64,000 bases of DNA from an uncultured Gemmatimonadaceae bacterium (lineage in GTDB: Bacteria > Gemmatimonadota > Gemmatimonadetes > Gemmatimonadales > Gemmatimonadaceae), in NCBI GenBank assembly GCA_963817955.1, contig CAWFQK010000001.1:288001-352000 (forward strand), given 5' to 3'. A program made the translations under genes and the position numbers. Each line of letters starts with the position of its first letter. Positions within the stretch are counted from its first letter, which is position 1. This document shows positions 18,286-29,700 of this stretch, piece by piece. The notes under the pieces are model-generated. The model was not told the origin of the DNA. It worked only from the letters and a program-made list of their open reading frames with translations, and did not search any database.

Positions 18286-19419
18286 TTACGGCTTCAAATT
18301 GCGCTCGAAGAACGCCCAGGTGCGATTCCATGAATCGATCTGCTCGGGCGAGTCTTCGCGTTCGAGCGTTTCGCGGTTGACACGGCGGCTGAACGTGTGG
18401 CCACAGCCGGCAGGGCCCGGCGGCGGATCCTTGTAGATCTTCGTTTCGGCCAGATTCGGCTTGAGCGCCATCAACGTGTAGACCATTTGCTGGTCTTCAC
18501 GGAAGAAGACGTCGCAGTCGTTGGTCGCCACGTGCACCAACATCGGGACTTTCAGATTGTCGGCGTGGAAGACGGGCGAGCGCTCCAGGTAGACGTCGAT
18601 ACAATCGCGGTTGTGCTGTTCCCCGCAGTTCTGCTCGAAGGGCATGCCTTGAATCCCCTCCTCGGCCGCGTAGCTGCGCGCGTAGCCGGGACCGTGATCC
18701 ATGAGCCGGAACACGAGATTGGTGACCGGCACGATCGCCGCACCGGCCTTGAACGGGTTGTCGTTGCGAAAGAGAATGTGAGACGTGATGAACCCGCCAT
18801 GGCTCCAGCCCATGATGCCCAGCTTCGTGGCGTCGACCGACGGCAGGGTCGCGAGGTAGTCGACCGACGACAGCACGTCGTCCACTTCCTTTCCGCCGTA
18901 GTCGATCTTCTTGAGCCACTCGTCGCCATAGCCGGTGCTGCCACGGTAGTCCGGCGTGAGCACTACGTATCCACGCTTCACGGCTTCGACGACGAATGGA
19001 TAGAGGGAGGTGTCCCAGTCGCCGTGGACGCCGCCGTGCACCCAGACGAGCGCCGCATGCTTGCGGCTGCCATTGTCGATCGGCGAGAAGACATACGCCG
19101 GAATCTCCAAGCCGTCGGCGCGGCTCTTATAGTGGATCTTCTGAAACTGATAGTTGCCCGGCGCCTTGGCCGTGTACACGCTGTCCGTGCGCCGCTTGTT
19201 CGTGATGTACCGCTCGCATACGGCGGGCGTGCATCCCTGGAGATCACTGGGGTTCTTGCTGACGTAAAGCTCCCGTGCGCGCACGGAATCCGTCGCGGCA
19301 CGCCAGGGGGATGGCGGCGCGGCGCGACTCTGATCGCGCGGTGGGCCACCACGGCCGGTGGGTTGCTGTGCAACGAGTGGGGCGGCGACGAGAAGCGCCA
19401 AAAGGGCAAGTCGGTTCAT
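18286..19419 (-). CDS. Exported S9 family (prolyl oligopeptidase-like) serine peptidase
   Basis: Signal peptide, VHGGVHG, PDYRGSTGYG, nucleophile GWSHGG, GHTF. Confidence 0.9.
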   Translation of the reverse strand: MNRLALLALLVAAPLVAQQPTGRGGPPRDQSRAAPPSPWRAATDSVRARELYVSKNPSDLQGCTPAVCERYITNKRRTDSVYTAKAPGNYQFQKIHYKSRADGLEIPAYVFSPIDNGSRKHAALVWVHGGVHGDWDTSLYPFVVEAVKRGYVVLTPDYRGSTGYGDEWLKKIDYGGKEVDDVLSSVDYLATLPSVDATKLGIMGWSHGGFITSHILFRNDNPFKAGAAIVPVTNLVFRLMDHGPGYARSYAAEEGIQGMPFEQNCGEQHNRDCIDVYLERSPVFHADNLKVPMLVHVATNDCDVFFREDQQMVYTLMALKPNLAETKIYKDPPPGPAGCGHTFSRRVNRETLEREDSPEQIDSWNRTWAFFERNLKP

Positions 19420-19476
19420 TCGAGCCTCGGAGAGAAGTTCAGCGAAGCGAATGTACGAAACCGTCAGCCACCTTGG

Positions 19477-20415
19477 CTACTTCACCTCTGACGGCGACTG
19501 CCAGGATGCCACGTTGAGATCTACGGGCAACTTAAGGTGTCCCACCGACCGGGCGACATCGAGCACACCCTGCCAGACGCCCGCAAACGCGTAGCCCACG
19601 TCCTGTGGCGCACGGCTCTCCTGAAAACCCTTGCCGCCGGCAATCCACATGCGCGGGGTTTCCGTGTCGCCGGCCGCCCGGAGGACGTCACGCACGTCAG
19701 TAAAGACCACTGGTGCGTTGTGCTGGTGCGTGTAGAATCCGGGCCGGAATTGGCCGTTGGCGATCATACGCGCCGTCCATGCCTTGTAATAGTCGCGCAT
19801 GGCGTCAGGAATCGTCTCCATTCGCTCGAGGTCGAGAAACACGACGGAGCCGTGCGCGAAACCTTCGGCCGACGCGCGCGCCGTGGCGTCGTCCGCGTTC
19901 CGTGTGCCTTCATCTGCACTCACCAGGTCCGATGCACACGCATCGTGCTTGCGCACCGCATCGCGTTGCGAGGGTGTCAAGGGCCGCGGCGTTCTGCCCC
20001 AGGTCTGTTCGCCAACGTACACAATTGCCAGCCCCCAACCCATGGCCTGGAGGGTATCGCGCTTGCCGGTCCACGATGCATCGGCATGACAGGGCGACGG
20101 GAGATAATAACCCACCCATTTGTACGGCGACCCAGGCGTATTCTTCCACGCCCGCATGGTCGCCGTGCCGGGATAGGTATGGGTATCGAATCCGAGGAAC
20201 CGACCCTTCTGAACATTGTTGGCGATCGGGGCACCCTCGCCGGTCACCGCGGCGGCCGCTTGCGCGACATCAGCCGCGACGCCCACGATGGACGGCCGGT
20301 GTGTCGGATCTGTCAGCGCGGCGTTGCAGGCGGCCACAGCGACGGTTATGCCCAATGCGAAGAGCCGTGCGCGACGAGTCCGTACCGATCTGATCGTTAT
20401 CGTGTGGCGTGGCAT
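19477..20415 (-). CDS. DUF1906 / Rv2525c-like glycoside hydrolase lipoprotein
   Basis: Lipobox VAAC; GFDT, WVGYYL, GWGLAIVYVG, VFLDLE, WQ motifs of GH25-like Rv2525c proteins. Confidence 0.75.
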   Translation of the reverse strand: MPRHTITIRSVRTRRARLFALGITVAVAACNAALTDPTHRPSIVGVAADVAQAAAAVTGEGAPIANNVQKGRFLGFDTHTYPGTATMRAWKNTPGSPYKWVGYYLPSPCHADASWTGKRDTLQAMGWGLAIVYVGEQTWGRTPRPLTPSQRDAVRKHDACASDLVSADEGTRNADDATARASAEGFAHGSVVFLDLERMETIPDAMRDYYKAWTARMIANGQFRPGFYTHQHNAPVVFTDVRDVLRAAGDTETPRMWIAGGKGFQESRAPQDVGYAFAGVWQGVLDVARSVGHLKLPVDLNVASWQSPSEVK

Positions 20416-20481
20416 ACCGCCATACAAATGCAACGACCGTACTTCGGGCGGTCGCCCATCAGACCACCATTACCTTCAGGC

Positions 20482-22293
20482 ATGGCCAAGTATGACAAGA
20501 CCCGCGCCTGGAACGGGGCGCGTGAACTCATCCGGGAACATCGCGCGTCGCTCACCGTGGGCCTCATACTCATGGTGATCAACCGCCTCAGCGGCCTCGT
20601 TCTGCCGGCGACGTCGAAGTTCTTCATCGACGATGTTCTTCAGAAACACCGCGGTGACCTGCTCATCCCGCTCGCCGCGGCCGCCGCAGTGGCGACGGTG
20701 GTGCAAGGCGCGACGTCCTTTGCGCTGTCGCAGGTCGTGAGCATCGCCGCGCAACGCGCAATCACAGAGATGCGCAAGCGCGTGCAGGCCCATGTGCTGC
20801 GGCTCCCGGTGTCGTACTTCGACTCGACTAAGACCGGCGTGCTCATCTCGCGCATCATGACAGACGCCGAGGGAGTGCGGAATCTCATCGGGACAGGACT
20901 CGTCCAGCTGGTGGGCAGCATGCTGACCGCGGTCATTGCGGTAGGCGTTCTGTTTTACGTGAACTGGAAGCTCACCGCGGCCATGCTCGTCATCCTCAGC
21001 GCATTCGGCTGGATGATGACCACGGCATTCAAGCGCCTGCGTCCATTGTTCCGCGAGCGCGGAGCGATCAATGCCGAGGTGACGGGGCGGCTCACGGAAA
21101 CGATTGGCGGCGTGCGGCTGGTGAAGATCTATACGGCCGAACCACGCGAGCGGCTGGTGTTCGCGCGCGGCGTACACAAGCTGTTTCGCCTGGTGGCGAA
21201 GACCATCACGGGAACGTCGGCCGTCGGCGCAGGTACGGCCGTGATTACCGGAATCATTGGCGTGCTCGTGATCGTCATTGGCGGCCGTGCGATTCTCGCC
21301 GGCGCCATGACCACCGGCGATCTATTCATGTACATCTTCTTCGTCGGGCTGTTGGCCGCGCCCCTCGTGCAGATTGCCTCGATCGGGACGCAAGTGAGCG
21401 AGGCGTTTGCCGGTCTCGATCGCATTCGCGAAATTCGCGAGATGCCAACCGAAGACCAGAACGACGCCAGCAAGGCATCGCTGGCCGACGTCGATGGTTG
21501 CATCGAATTTCACGACGTGTCGTTCGAGTACGTGCCGGGCGTGGAAGTGCTGAAACACGTGTCGTTCACTGCGCCCGCCGGCTCGACCACCGCGCTCGTC
21601 GGCTCCAGCGGCTCCGGCAAGAGCACGCTCATCGGACTGGTGATGGCATTCAATCATCCGAAACACGGACGAGTGCTCGTCGATGGCCATGACGTCGCGA
21701 ACGTGCGGATGCGCGACTACCGCTCGCACGTCGGCGTCGTCATGCAGGACAACTTCCTGTTCGACGGCACGGTTCGCGAGAACATCGCGTTCAGCAAACC
21801 TGGTGCGACGGACGAAGAGGTGCGCACGGCAGCGCACGTCGCCCACTGCGACGAATTCGTGAATCGATTCGCGGATGGCTACGAGACGATCGTCGGCGAG
21901 CGCGGCGTCAAACTGTCCGGTGGACAGCGGCAACGCGTCGCCATTGCCCGCGCCGTCCTTGCGGATCCACGAATTCTCATTCTCGACGAGGCGACATCGA
22001 GCCTCGACAGCGAGAGTGAGGCGCTGATTCGCGACGGGCTTCGTTCACTCCGCCGCGGTCGCACGACGTTCGTCATTGCGCACCGCCTCTCCACCGTCGA
22101 GAGCGCCGATCAGATTCTCGTGATCGAGAACGGAGAGATCGTCGAGCGCGGTACGCACCGTGAGCTCCTGGATCTGGGCGGGCGCTACCGCCAGCTCTAT
22201 GAGAAACAGTACGGCGCCGAGACGGACCGGTTCATCAATCCCGGCGAGGATTTCTTGCGGGTCGGCCCGAGGGACGAAGTCCGGAAGATGTAA
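20482..22293 (+). CDS. ABC exporter, fused permease/ATPase (MsbA/MdlB-like)
   Basis: Six TM segments, GSSGSGKST, LSGGQRQR, DEATSSLD, AHRLST. Confidence 0.92.
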   Translation: MAKYDKTRAWNGARELIREHRASLTVGLILMVINRLSGLVLPATSKFFIDDVLQKHRGDLLIPLAAAAAVATVVQGATSFALSQVVSIAAQRAITEMRKRVQAHVLRLPVSYFDSTKTGVLISRIMTDAEGVRNLIGTGLVQLVGSMLTAVIAVGVLFYVNWKLTAAMLVILSAFGWMMTTAFKRLRPLFRERGAINAEVTGRLTETIGGVRLVKIYTAEPRERLVFARGVHKLFRLVAKTITGTSAVGAGTAVITGIIGVLVIVIGGRAILAGAMTTGDLFMYIFFVGLLAAPLVQIASIGTQVSEAFAGLDRIREIREMPTEDQNDASKASLADVDGCIEFHDVSFEYVPGVEVLKHVSFTAPAGSTTALVGSSGSGKSTLIGLVMAFNHPKHGRVLVDGHDVANVRMRDYRSHVGVVMQDNFLFDGTVRENIAFSKPGATDEEVRTAAHVAHCDEFVNRFADGYETIVGERGVKLSGGQRQRVAIARAVLADPRILILDEATSSLDSESEALIRDGLRSLRRGRTTFVIAHRLSTVESADQILVIENGEIVERGTHRELLDLGGRYRQLYEKQYGAETDRFINPGEDFLRVGPRDEVRKM

Positions 22294-22325
22294 CGACCGT
22301 CGGGATCGCTCCTGCGGCACGGACC

Positions 22326-23114
22326 ATGAACCGAGGTCTTCGTGCCATGCGAACCCTACTGCTGGCCGCCGCGCTGGCTGGCCTCGTCGTCACCGCCGAT
22401 GTTTCGTATTCCGCCGTTTCGGCTCACTCGGCCGAGCCCGCTGTGGCTCCGCGTGCGATGCCGTTCCATGTGGGCGAAAAGCTGACATATCAGGCGAAGC
22501 TCAATTTCGTCAATGTCGGCTCGGCGACCATGAGCGTTGAGGACATCGAAGACATCCGCGGGCAGGCGACGTATCACACGATATTCGACATCCAGGGCCG
22601 GGTGCTGTTCTTCCATGTGAACGACCATTACGAGAGCTGGTTCGATACGACGGACATGGTCTCGCTACATCACGTGCAGCACATCGACCAACCGGGCCAC
22701 CGGATCGATCGCGTGTACGATTTCTATCCCGACAGGCAGATCTACGTGCGCAACGATACCGTGGGCCGCAGCGTGGCGATGCCACTCGACGAAGGGTCCT
22801 TCATCTACTTTTTGCGGTCGATCCCGCTCGAGGTGGGGAAGACGTATAGCTTCGATCGGTACTACCATCTCGAACGAAATCCGGTCGTGATCAAAGTGGT
22901 CCGCAAGGAACACATCTCCGTGCCGGCCGGCGAGTTCGACGCGATCGTTGTTGATCCCGTCATCAAGTCCAAAGGCCTCTTCTCGGAGAACGGGCATGCC
23001 GAGGTGTGGCTGGCCGACGACAGTGCGCGCACTCTCCTGCGCCTGAAGTCAAAGCTTCCGATGGGCACGTTGTACTTGGAGCTGAAACAAGCCGAGTACA
23101 CCATGCGGAGGTGA
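22326..23114 (+). CDS. DUF3108-like exported protein
   Basis: Signal peptide; PFHVGEKLTY, E.ISVPAGEFDA, GLFSENG.AEVWL motifs. Confidence 0.75.
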   Translation: MNRGLRAMRTLLLAAALAGLVVTADVSYSAVSAHSAEPAVAPRAMPFHVGEKLTYQAKLNFVNVGSATMSVEDIEDIRGQATYHTIFDIQGRVLFFHVNDHYESWFDTTDMVSLHHVQHIDQPGHRIDRVYDFYPDRQIYVRNDTVGRSVAMPLDEGSFIYFLRSIPLEVGKTYSFDRYYHLERNPVVIKVVRKEHISVPAGEFDAIVVDPVIKSKGLFSENGHAEVWLADDSARTLLRLKSKLPMGTLYLELKQAEYTMRR

Positions 23115-24613
23115 ATCCAGCACAGGTTCGCACCCCTTCCGCCCGGAAGATGCCCAGCGATTCATTGCGGGCTTCAAGGCCAGAAAGGGCCGCACAGGCT
23201 GACGTTGTCTTGTTGATCGTCGTCGCATCGCTGGCACGGCTGGCGCTGGCGGCAACGATCGGCCTCGGCGTCGACGAGTCGTACGCATTTGCCGTTTCGC
23301 GCCCCCTGAGCCTCAGCTATTTCGATCACCCACCGCTCGTCTTCTGGTTGGTGAGCGCAGCGCGCGCCCTCGGCTCGAGCCCCGTGGTACTGCGGTTACC
23401 ATTCATCGCGCTATTCGCAGGAACCACGTGGTACGTCGCTCAGCTCACTGCCACGCTATTCGGTGCACGTGCCGGTCTGTACGCAGCCATCGTGCTGAAC
23501 CTGATCCCCGTGTTCACGATCAGCTCGGGTGGATGGATGCTGCCCGACGGACCACTCCTGTTCGGCGAATCGTTGGCCGCCTACGCGGTCGCGCGGGCGA
23601 CGTTTGAGCCGGAGCGCGCACCGCGGGCCGCGTGGGTATGGATTGGCGTCGGCGTTGGCATCTCGCTCCTGTCCAAGTATCACGCACTGCTGTTCGTGGC
23701 CGGTCTGCTGCTCTGGTGCGTCACATCGCCACGCGGCCGTTTCTGGCTGCGCTCACCACGAACGCTTGGGGCAATCGTCATTGCAACCATGCTGGCGCTC
23801 CCGGTGGTAGTCTGGAACGCGCAGCACGACTGGGCATCGATTCGCTTTCAGCTCGCGCGCTCCGTCGGACACCAGAGCGCAATCAGTGCGCTGGCGCAGA
23901 ATGTCGCCGGCCAGGCCGGTTACATCCTGCCGTGGATCTGGGTCCCCATGCTGTGGCAACTTGCGGTGGCAATGCACCGGGGGCCGCGCGACGATCGGCG
24001 ATGGTTTCTATGCTGTCTGGCGATCGTGCCCATCGTCCTCTTCACGCTCATGTCCCTGCGTGGCAACCCAGGCCTCCCACATTGGCCGGCTCCGGGGTAC
24101 GTCTTCGTCGTGCCGCTCGTCGCATATGCCATCGTCAGGCTCGAGGAGCGCGTGGGCGTCGCGGGCGTACGCCGGCGCATCATCTATGCAACGGCCAGTC
24201 TCGTGGTGCCGGTGCTGTTGGTCGTGAGCCAGGTGAGCACCGGATGGATGCAGTCGGTCACTCCGTCCCTGTTCCGCCGCGGCGATCCATCTCTCGATCT
24301 GGTCGATTGGGGGAGTCTCCGGCCGCAGCTCGTCGACGCTGGGCTGCTGCCACCAGGCCGCATCGTTGCTGGCACGTCGTGGATCGACTGCGCCAAGCTG
24401 GGGTATGCTCTCCAACCGGTGCCCGTCCGTTGTCTCACCGACGATCCGCGACACTTCCAGTTCCTGCCCATTGTGCCGGACTCACGCGGTGTCCTCGTGA
24501 TTCAACGTGCAAACCCCAGCGGTAGCGGGAGGAGGCTTTTTGGCGTGACGCGAAACGGACGACGGGCAATTCAGTTCACGGCGTATCTGTTGCGCCATGC
24601 CGTCGATCGCTAG
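23111..24613 (+). CDS. GT-C membrane glycosyltransferase, family 39/83 (ArnT/PMT-like)
   Basis: VDESY, SYFDHPP, PDGPL, LSKY, WNAQHDWAS.RFQ motifs; many TM helices; GTGA overlap with the upstream stop. Confidence 0.85.
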   Translation: MNPAQVRTPSARKMPSDSLRASRPERAAQADVVLLIVVASLARLALAATIGLGVDESYAFAVSRPLSLSYFDHPPLVFWLVSAARALGSSPVVLRLPFIALFAGTTWYVAQLTATLFGARAGLYAAIVLNLIPVFTISSGGWMLPDGPLLFGESLAAYAVARATFEPERAPRAAWVWIGVGVGISLLSKYHALLFVAGLLLWCVTSPRGRFWLRSPRTLGAIVIATMLALPVVVWNAQHDWASIRFQLARSVGHQSAISALAQNVAGQAGYILPWIWVPMLWQLAVAMHRGPRDDRRWFLCCLAIVPIVLFTLMSLRGNPGLPHWPAPGYVFVVPLVAYAIVRLEERVGVAGVRRRIIYATASLVVPVLLVVSQVSTGWMQSVTPSLFRRGDPSLDLVDWGSLRPQLVDAGLLPPGRIVAGTSWIDCAKLGYALQPVPVRCLTDDPRHFQFLPIVPDSRGVLVIQRANPSGSGRRLFGVTRNGRRAIQFTAYLLRHAVDR

Positions 24614-24643
24614 TCGCCGCGGTGCTTCTCACCGACTGTAGCT

Positions 24644-25477
24644 TTGGAGCCGTCACCAATTTCAGTGGTCGCTGTGGTCTCCTCCTTTTTATTTGCGCTC
24701 ACGCTCGCCACGCCCTTTCAGACGGCCACCGCCGACCCGGGACGCTGTTCGCTGACGGAGACGCATGTCGGCTCGTCTCAGATGGTATGGCCAGCGGTGC
24801 ACCGCATGCCCTTTGCATCCGGCGAGGTGTTGGAGTACAGCGTGAATTTCGGCAGGCTGCACGTCGGCTCCGGCGTGATGACCTTATCCACTGATACGAC
24901 GCGCGGCCAGCCAACGTGGAAAGCGATGTTGGCAATCTCGGGCGGATTCTCGTTCGTCAGCGTACACGACACGAGCACGAGCTGGTTCGACACGTCGTTC
25001 AACTCGCTGCGATTCGTGCAGGGACTCCACGAGCCACGCTACCACGCCAATCGCGACACGCAGATCTATCCCGATCGGAAGATGTACCGCACGAGCAACG
25101 ATCCGGAGCAGCAGTCAGTGACCAGCCCGCTCGATGAAGTTGCGCTGGTGTACCTGGTTCGCACGCTCCCGCTGCAACTCGGCCAGTGCTATGAGTTCAA
25201 TCGGTATTTTCAGCCAAGTGGCAATCCGGTCATCGTGCATGTGGTGCGGCGCGAGCGGATCACCGTTCCGGCGGGCACCTTCGACGCCATTGTCTTACGC
25301 CCGGAGATCACGACCTCCGGTATTTTTTCACAGAATGGGCGCGCCGAGCTCTGGCTGTCGGACGATTCATCCCGCGTCGTCCTGCAGATGAAGTCGAGCC
25401 TGCCGTTCGGCTCGATCAATCTCTATCTGACGCACGCCGGGAGCGTGCCGGCGCCCAGCGTCTCAGCGCGCCGCTGA
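24644..25477 (+). CDS. DUF3108-like exported protein (second paralog)
   Basis: PFASGEVLEY, ERITVPAGTFDA, GIFSQNGRAELWL; clearly paralogous to 22326-23114. Confidence 0.75.
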   Translation: MEPSPISVVAVVSSFLFALTLATPFQTATADPGRCSLTETHVGSSQMVWPAVHRMPFASGEVLEYSVNFGRLHVGSGVMTLSTDTTRGQPTWKAMLAISGGFSFVSVHDTSTSWFDTSFNSLRFVQGLHEPRYHANRDTQIYPDRKMYRTSNDPEQQSVTSPLDEVALVYLVRTLPLQLGQCYEFNRYFQPSGNPVIVHVVRRERITVPAGTFDAIVLRPEITTSGIFSQNGRAELWLSDDSSRVVLQMKSSLPFGSINLYLTHAGSVPAPSVSARR

Positions 25478-26326
25478 ACGACTGGCCATCGACGACCAGC
25501 CGATATTCATCCGACCATCAGGTGCTGGAGACACGGTGAGCCCTGCGGTGATCCGGCTCATGAGATCGTGGCGATAGGCGTGCGCCTGCACGGCCTGACC
25601 GCTCCATGTCCCGATGAGCACCGCCAGGGGCAGATCGCTCGGCCAATGCACGCGTTGAACGAGACGCGCCGCACCGACGGCACCGGCGAAGGCGAAGGCG
25701 AAATGGTCGACCGTCGGCTCCAGATCGGGATGCAGGCGTCCAATCTCGCCGCTGAGCGTCGCCGCCATTGCGAACGCTGCCGCGGTGTGACCTGAAGGAA
25801 AGGACACGAACGGTCCGTTGCCTTCATGGAAGCCGCGGCCGAACGAGAACCCGCGGCCTTTTTGAACGGTCGGGAGCGCACGCCCAGTCACCCCCTTGGC
25901 GAATCCGGTGATGCCGGCGGCCAGCACCGTTGCCTCCAGATTGTGCATCGCGGCGCTCGCGAGCGGATCGATGCCGGTCACGAGTCCGCCCGCGTACAGG
26001 AGCCCGCTGATGAGGAACGGTCCATCGCCGCCGAAGTACGCCACATTGTTGGCCGTTCGTTGTAGCGTCCGGTTCCCCTGCCAACGAGGCTCGCCGAGCT
26101 CACCGGAGATCGTCCGATCCAGCGGGGCGAGCAGCACGGTGGCGCCAGCCGCCGCGAGCGCCGCCACACCGTTTCGCCGCGTTACCCACGGCACGCGCGC
26201 GGACACGCGCGCGCCGGAAGAATCGCCGCGAACAGAATCTCGTCGCGTGACCGGAGCCTGTGCGCGTGCGATAGACGCGTAGCAGATGAACAACAGCGCG
26301 CCGCTACTGCACCGTGGCGAAGCCAT
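25463..26326 (-). CDS. PAP2 family phosphatase
   Basis: KGVTGRALP, SFPSGHT, ARLVQRVHWPSD motifs. Confidence 0.85.
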   Translation of the reverse strand: MASPRCSSGALLFICYASIARAQAPVTRRDSVRGDSSGARVSARVPWVTRRNGVAALAAAGATVLLAPLDRTISGELGEPRWQGNRTLQRTANNVAYFGGDGPFLISGLLYAGGLVTGIDPLASAAMHNLEATVLAAGITGFAKGVTGRALPTVQKGRGFSFGRGFHEGNGPFVSFPSGHTAAAFAMAATLSGEIGRLHPDLEPTVDHFAFAFAGAVGAARLVQRVHWPSDLPLAVLIGTWSGQAVQAHAYRHDLMSRITAGLTVSPAPDGRMNIGWSSMASRSAAR

Positions 26327-26788
26327 ATGCCGTATACAGAGGAGTCGGATTGGATGATCCGCCTGATGCACCCTCTGGGCCACAAATACAATCGAATGCC
26401 CGGCCCGCGGCGCTGGTACAGGCTCGAGCTGCGTCGGCGAGCAAGCGAACGAGACCGGAGAACCGTGGGTAGCGCCGGTCGGCGCGGAATACGGGTGCTG
26501 GATCGACGAGAAGTCGTTTTATAGCGCGCTCCTAATGAAAGAGCTGTAATGCCGCCGCTACCGTGGCTGCGCGTCGTTGCTTTTGGGCCCCCGTCCAACG
26601 GCGCGACGCTCCGCTCGCAACACCGTCTGTTGGGGGCGTTAAGAAATCTGAACACCCAGACCCGGGCGTCCCCACAAGCTCGCGGTGTGCGGAACGGCGT
26701 CGGCCGGTTGGGTGACTTCCAACCTCCTGCGTGGTTGGTGCGTAGCAATGATGTCGAACACGCTCCTGCAACTTTTCTCGAGGTTTCC

Positions 26789-29700
26789 GTGTCAGCTCGC
26801 CGCACATTGTTCCTGCTCGTCCTCGCTCTCCTGGGCGGTTTCGCGCCGCTCCACGCCCAGGATACGCCGGACATCATCCGTGGCCGCGTGATGGGACCGG
26901 ACAAGAAGCCGGTAGAGAACGTCACGGTCACCGCCACATCGCTCACCAATCAGACGTCGCGAACGGCCAAGACGAACAAGGACGGCCGCTTCTCCATCAT
27001 CTTTTCCGGTGGTGGTGGCGATTACATGATGGCCTTCACGTCGATTGGCTTTCAGCCGACGCGGTTCGAAGTGAAACGCGAGGTGGACGAGGACGTACTC
27101 GTTGCCGATGCGTCGATGAGCAAGACGGCGGTGTCGCTCGACGCGATGCGCGTTACCGCGGGCCGAGAGCGTCCTGACCGCAATGGAAACCAAGCGGAAG
27201 TCGGTGGCCGCGAGCAGAGCATCAATCCCAATAACGTACCAATCGACGTCCTCGGCGACCTCTCGGCCATGGCGGCAACACTCCCGGGCATCACCCTCAT
27301 TCCCGGGGCCGACGGAGCCGCGAATGGTTTCTCGGTGCTCGGACTGACGGCCGATCAGAACAACATCACGCTCAACGGCCTGAATTTCTCCGGCACCGAT
27401 CTGCCGCGCGACGCGACGTCGCAGACGCGCGTCACGACGTCGAGCTACGACGTATCGCGTGGCGGCTTCTCCGGCGCCCAGATCGCGCTGCGGACCAACA
27501 GCGGCTCGAACTACACCACGCGGTCGCTGCATCAGACGGTGGACGCGCCAAGCCTGCAGTACACGGACGCCATCGGCCGCTCGCTCGGCCAACAGTTCAC
27601 CAATCTGCAACTCAGCGGCAGCGCGGCAGGCCCGATCACCTTCGACAAGGCATTCTATTCCTTCTCGTGGCAGCTCGGGCGCCGATTCAGCGGGCTTCAG
27701 GATTTACTCAACACCGATCCCCTCGCGCTCGAGCGCGTCGGTGTGTCGGCCGATTCCGTAAGACAGCTGATCGCCATGCTGCAGTCCTCGGGCATTCCGC
27801 TCTCCTCGCCGGCTATCCCGAACAACAAACTGACGCAGAACGGCTCGTTCATCTCGAGCTTCGATTTCGCGCCATCGGGAACGCACACGTTCAACATCAC
27901 CATGAATGGCCGGTGGAGCGGCGCAGACGCGACGAATCTGTCGACGACGGCGGTACCGATCCACGGCGGCCAGACGAGCAGCTACGGCGGTACGCTCCAG
28001 GGGCGCCACTCGGCCTACTTCTGGGACAACTTCCTCAACGAGACGAGCGCGTCGGTCCAGGAGAGCGTGTCGTTGGGCGATCCATATGTCGATCTGCCGT
28101 CGGCCACGGTGCGCGTCAACTCCAATTTCGCCGATGGCACAGCGGGCGTGTCGAATCTGCAGTTCGGTGGCAACTCCGGGCTGCCGCGGAACTCGAACAC
28201 GATCAACAGCGAGGTGCAGAACCAGCTGTCCTGGATCAGCCTCGACAACCAGCACCGCTTCAAGTTCGGCGTCGATCTGCGGTACAATCGCTACTCGCAG
28301 GACAACACGAGCAACCGCCTCGGCACATTCGTCTACAATTCACTGTCCGATTTCCAGAACGACATTCCGGCGAGCTTCTCCCGGCGTCTGCAGGTCAACC
28401 GCCGGCTTGGCGACGACCTTGGGGCGTCGGCGTGGCTCGGCGACTCGTATCGTCGCACGCCGCGTTTTCAGGTCACCTACGGCTTGCGCGTAGACGCGTC
28501 GCACTTTCAGGGCAACCCCGCATTCAACCCCGTCGTCGATTCGATCTTTGGGGCGCGCAATGACGCGGTACCGCGCGGCGTGTACGTGAGTCCGCGACTC
28601 GGATTCAGTTGGACCTACGGCACCAATCCGCAAATTGGCGGGTTCGACGGCGCGGCGCGCGGCTCGCGCGGCCAGATCAGCGGTGGCATTGGGCAGTTCC
28701 AGAATCTGCCGAGCTCCCAGCTCATTGCCGGAGCCGTGGACCAGACCGGTCTCCCGTCAGCTGCACAGCAGTTGAGCTGCATTGGGAGCGCGGTGCCGGC
28801 ACCGGATTGGCTTCAGTATCTGCAAAACACGGGGACCATCCCGAGCACCTGTACCGGCGACCTGACGTCGTACAGCAGCACCGTGCCGAACGTGTCGCTG
28901 TTCGCGCCCGACTATATCCCGCAGCGGAGCTGGCGCGCGAACCTGGGCTGGAACATGCCGGTGCTCAACAACCGCTTCCGGTTGTCGAGTGGCGCCACGT
29001 ACTCGCTCAATCTCAATCAACAGAGCCAGATCGACCTGAACTTCAATCATCAGGTACGATTTACTCTGCCAGATGAAGGGCGGCCGGTGTTCGTGGATCC
29101 GGCGAGCATCGTTCCGACCACAGGCTCAATTCTGTCGCGCGATGCCCGCGTGACGCAGAATTTCGCCCAGGTCACGGATTATCTGTCCGACCTCCAATCG
29201 CACAGTTCGCAGCTCAGCTTTGGCGTCTCGCCAATCGCCTTCAACTCGTCGCTTCAGTGGAGCGCCACGTACATCTGGCAGAAGGTGGTGGAGCAGACGC
29301 GTGGCTTCGGCAGCGGTGGTACAGCGAACGATCCGTACAACATTCAATGGGCGCGCAGCGATCGCGACGCGCGGCATCAGATCACGTACAACATCGGCTA
29401 CACGTTCCACCAAGCGGTGAGCGTGACCGCGTTCGGCCGGTTCCAGTCAGGCAATCCATTCACGCCGATCGTGCAGGGCGACGTGAACGGCGACGGCTAC
29501 GGCAACGATCGCGCATTCATCTACAACCCGGCCGCTCCGACAACCGTTCCGGCACTCGCGTCAGCCATGCAGAGTCTGCTGACGTCAGCGCCGAGCTCGG
29601 TGCGCGACTGCCTCAACAAGCAACTCGGCACCATCGCTGGCAAGAACAGTTGCGAAGGACCGTGGTCGACGAGCCTCAGTTTACGCGTGTCGCTGGTGTC

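Noticed and set aside
19537..20481. 315-aa N-terminal extension of the ABC exporter (918-aa ORF)
   Set aside because: It is the antisense shadow of the DUF1906 gene; the real protein starts at MAKYDK (20482).
26327..26788. 460-bp intergenic region as a riboswitch or hidden gene
   Set aside because: Only short hairpins, with no recognisable aptamer (cobalamin, TPP, SAM) or credible ORF; consistent with divergent promoters.
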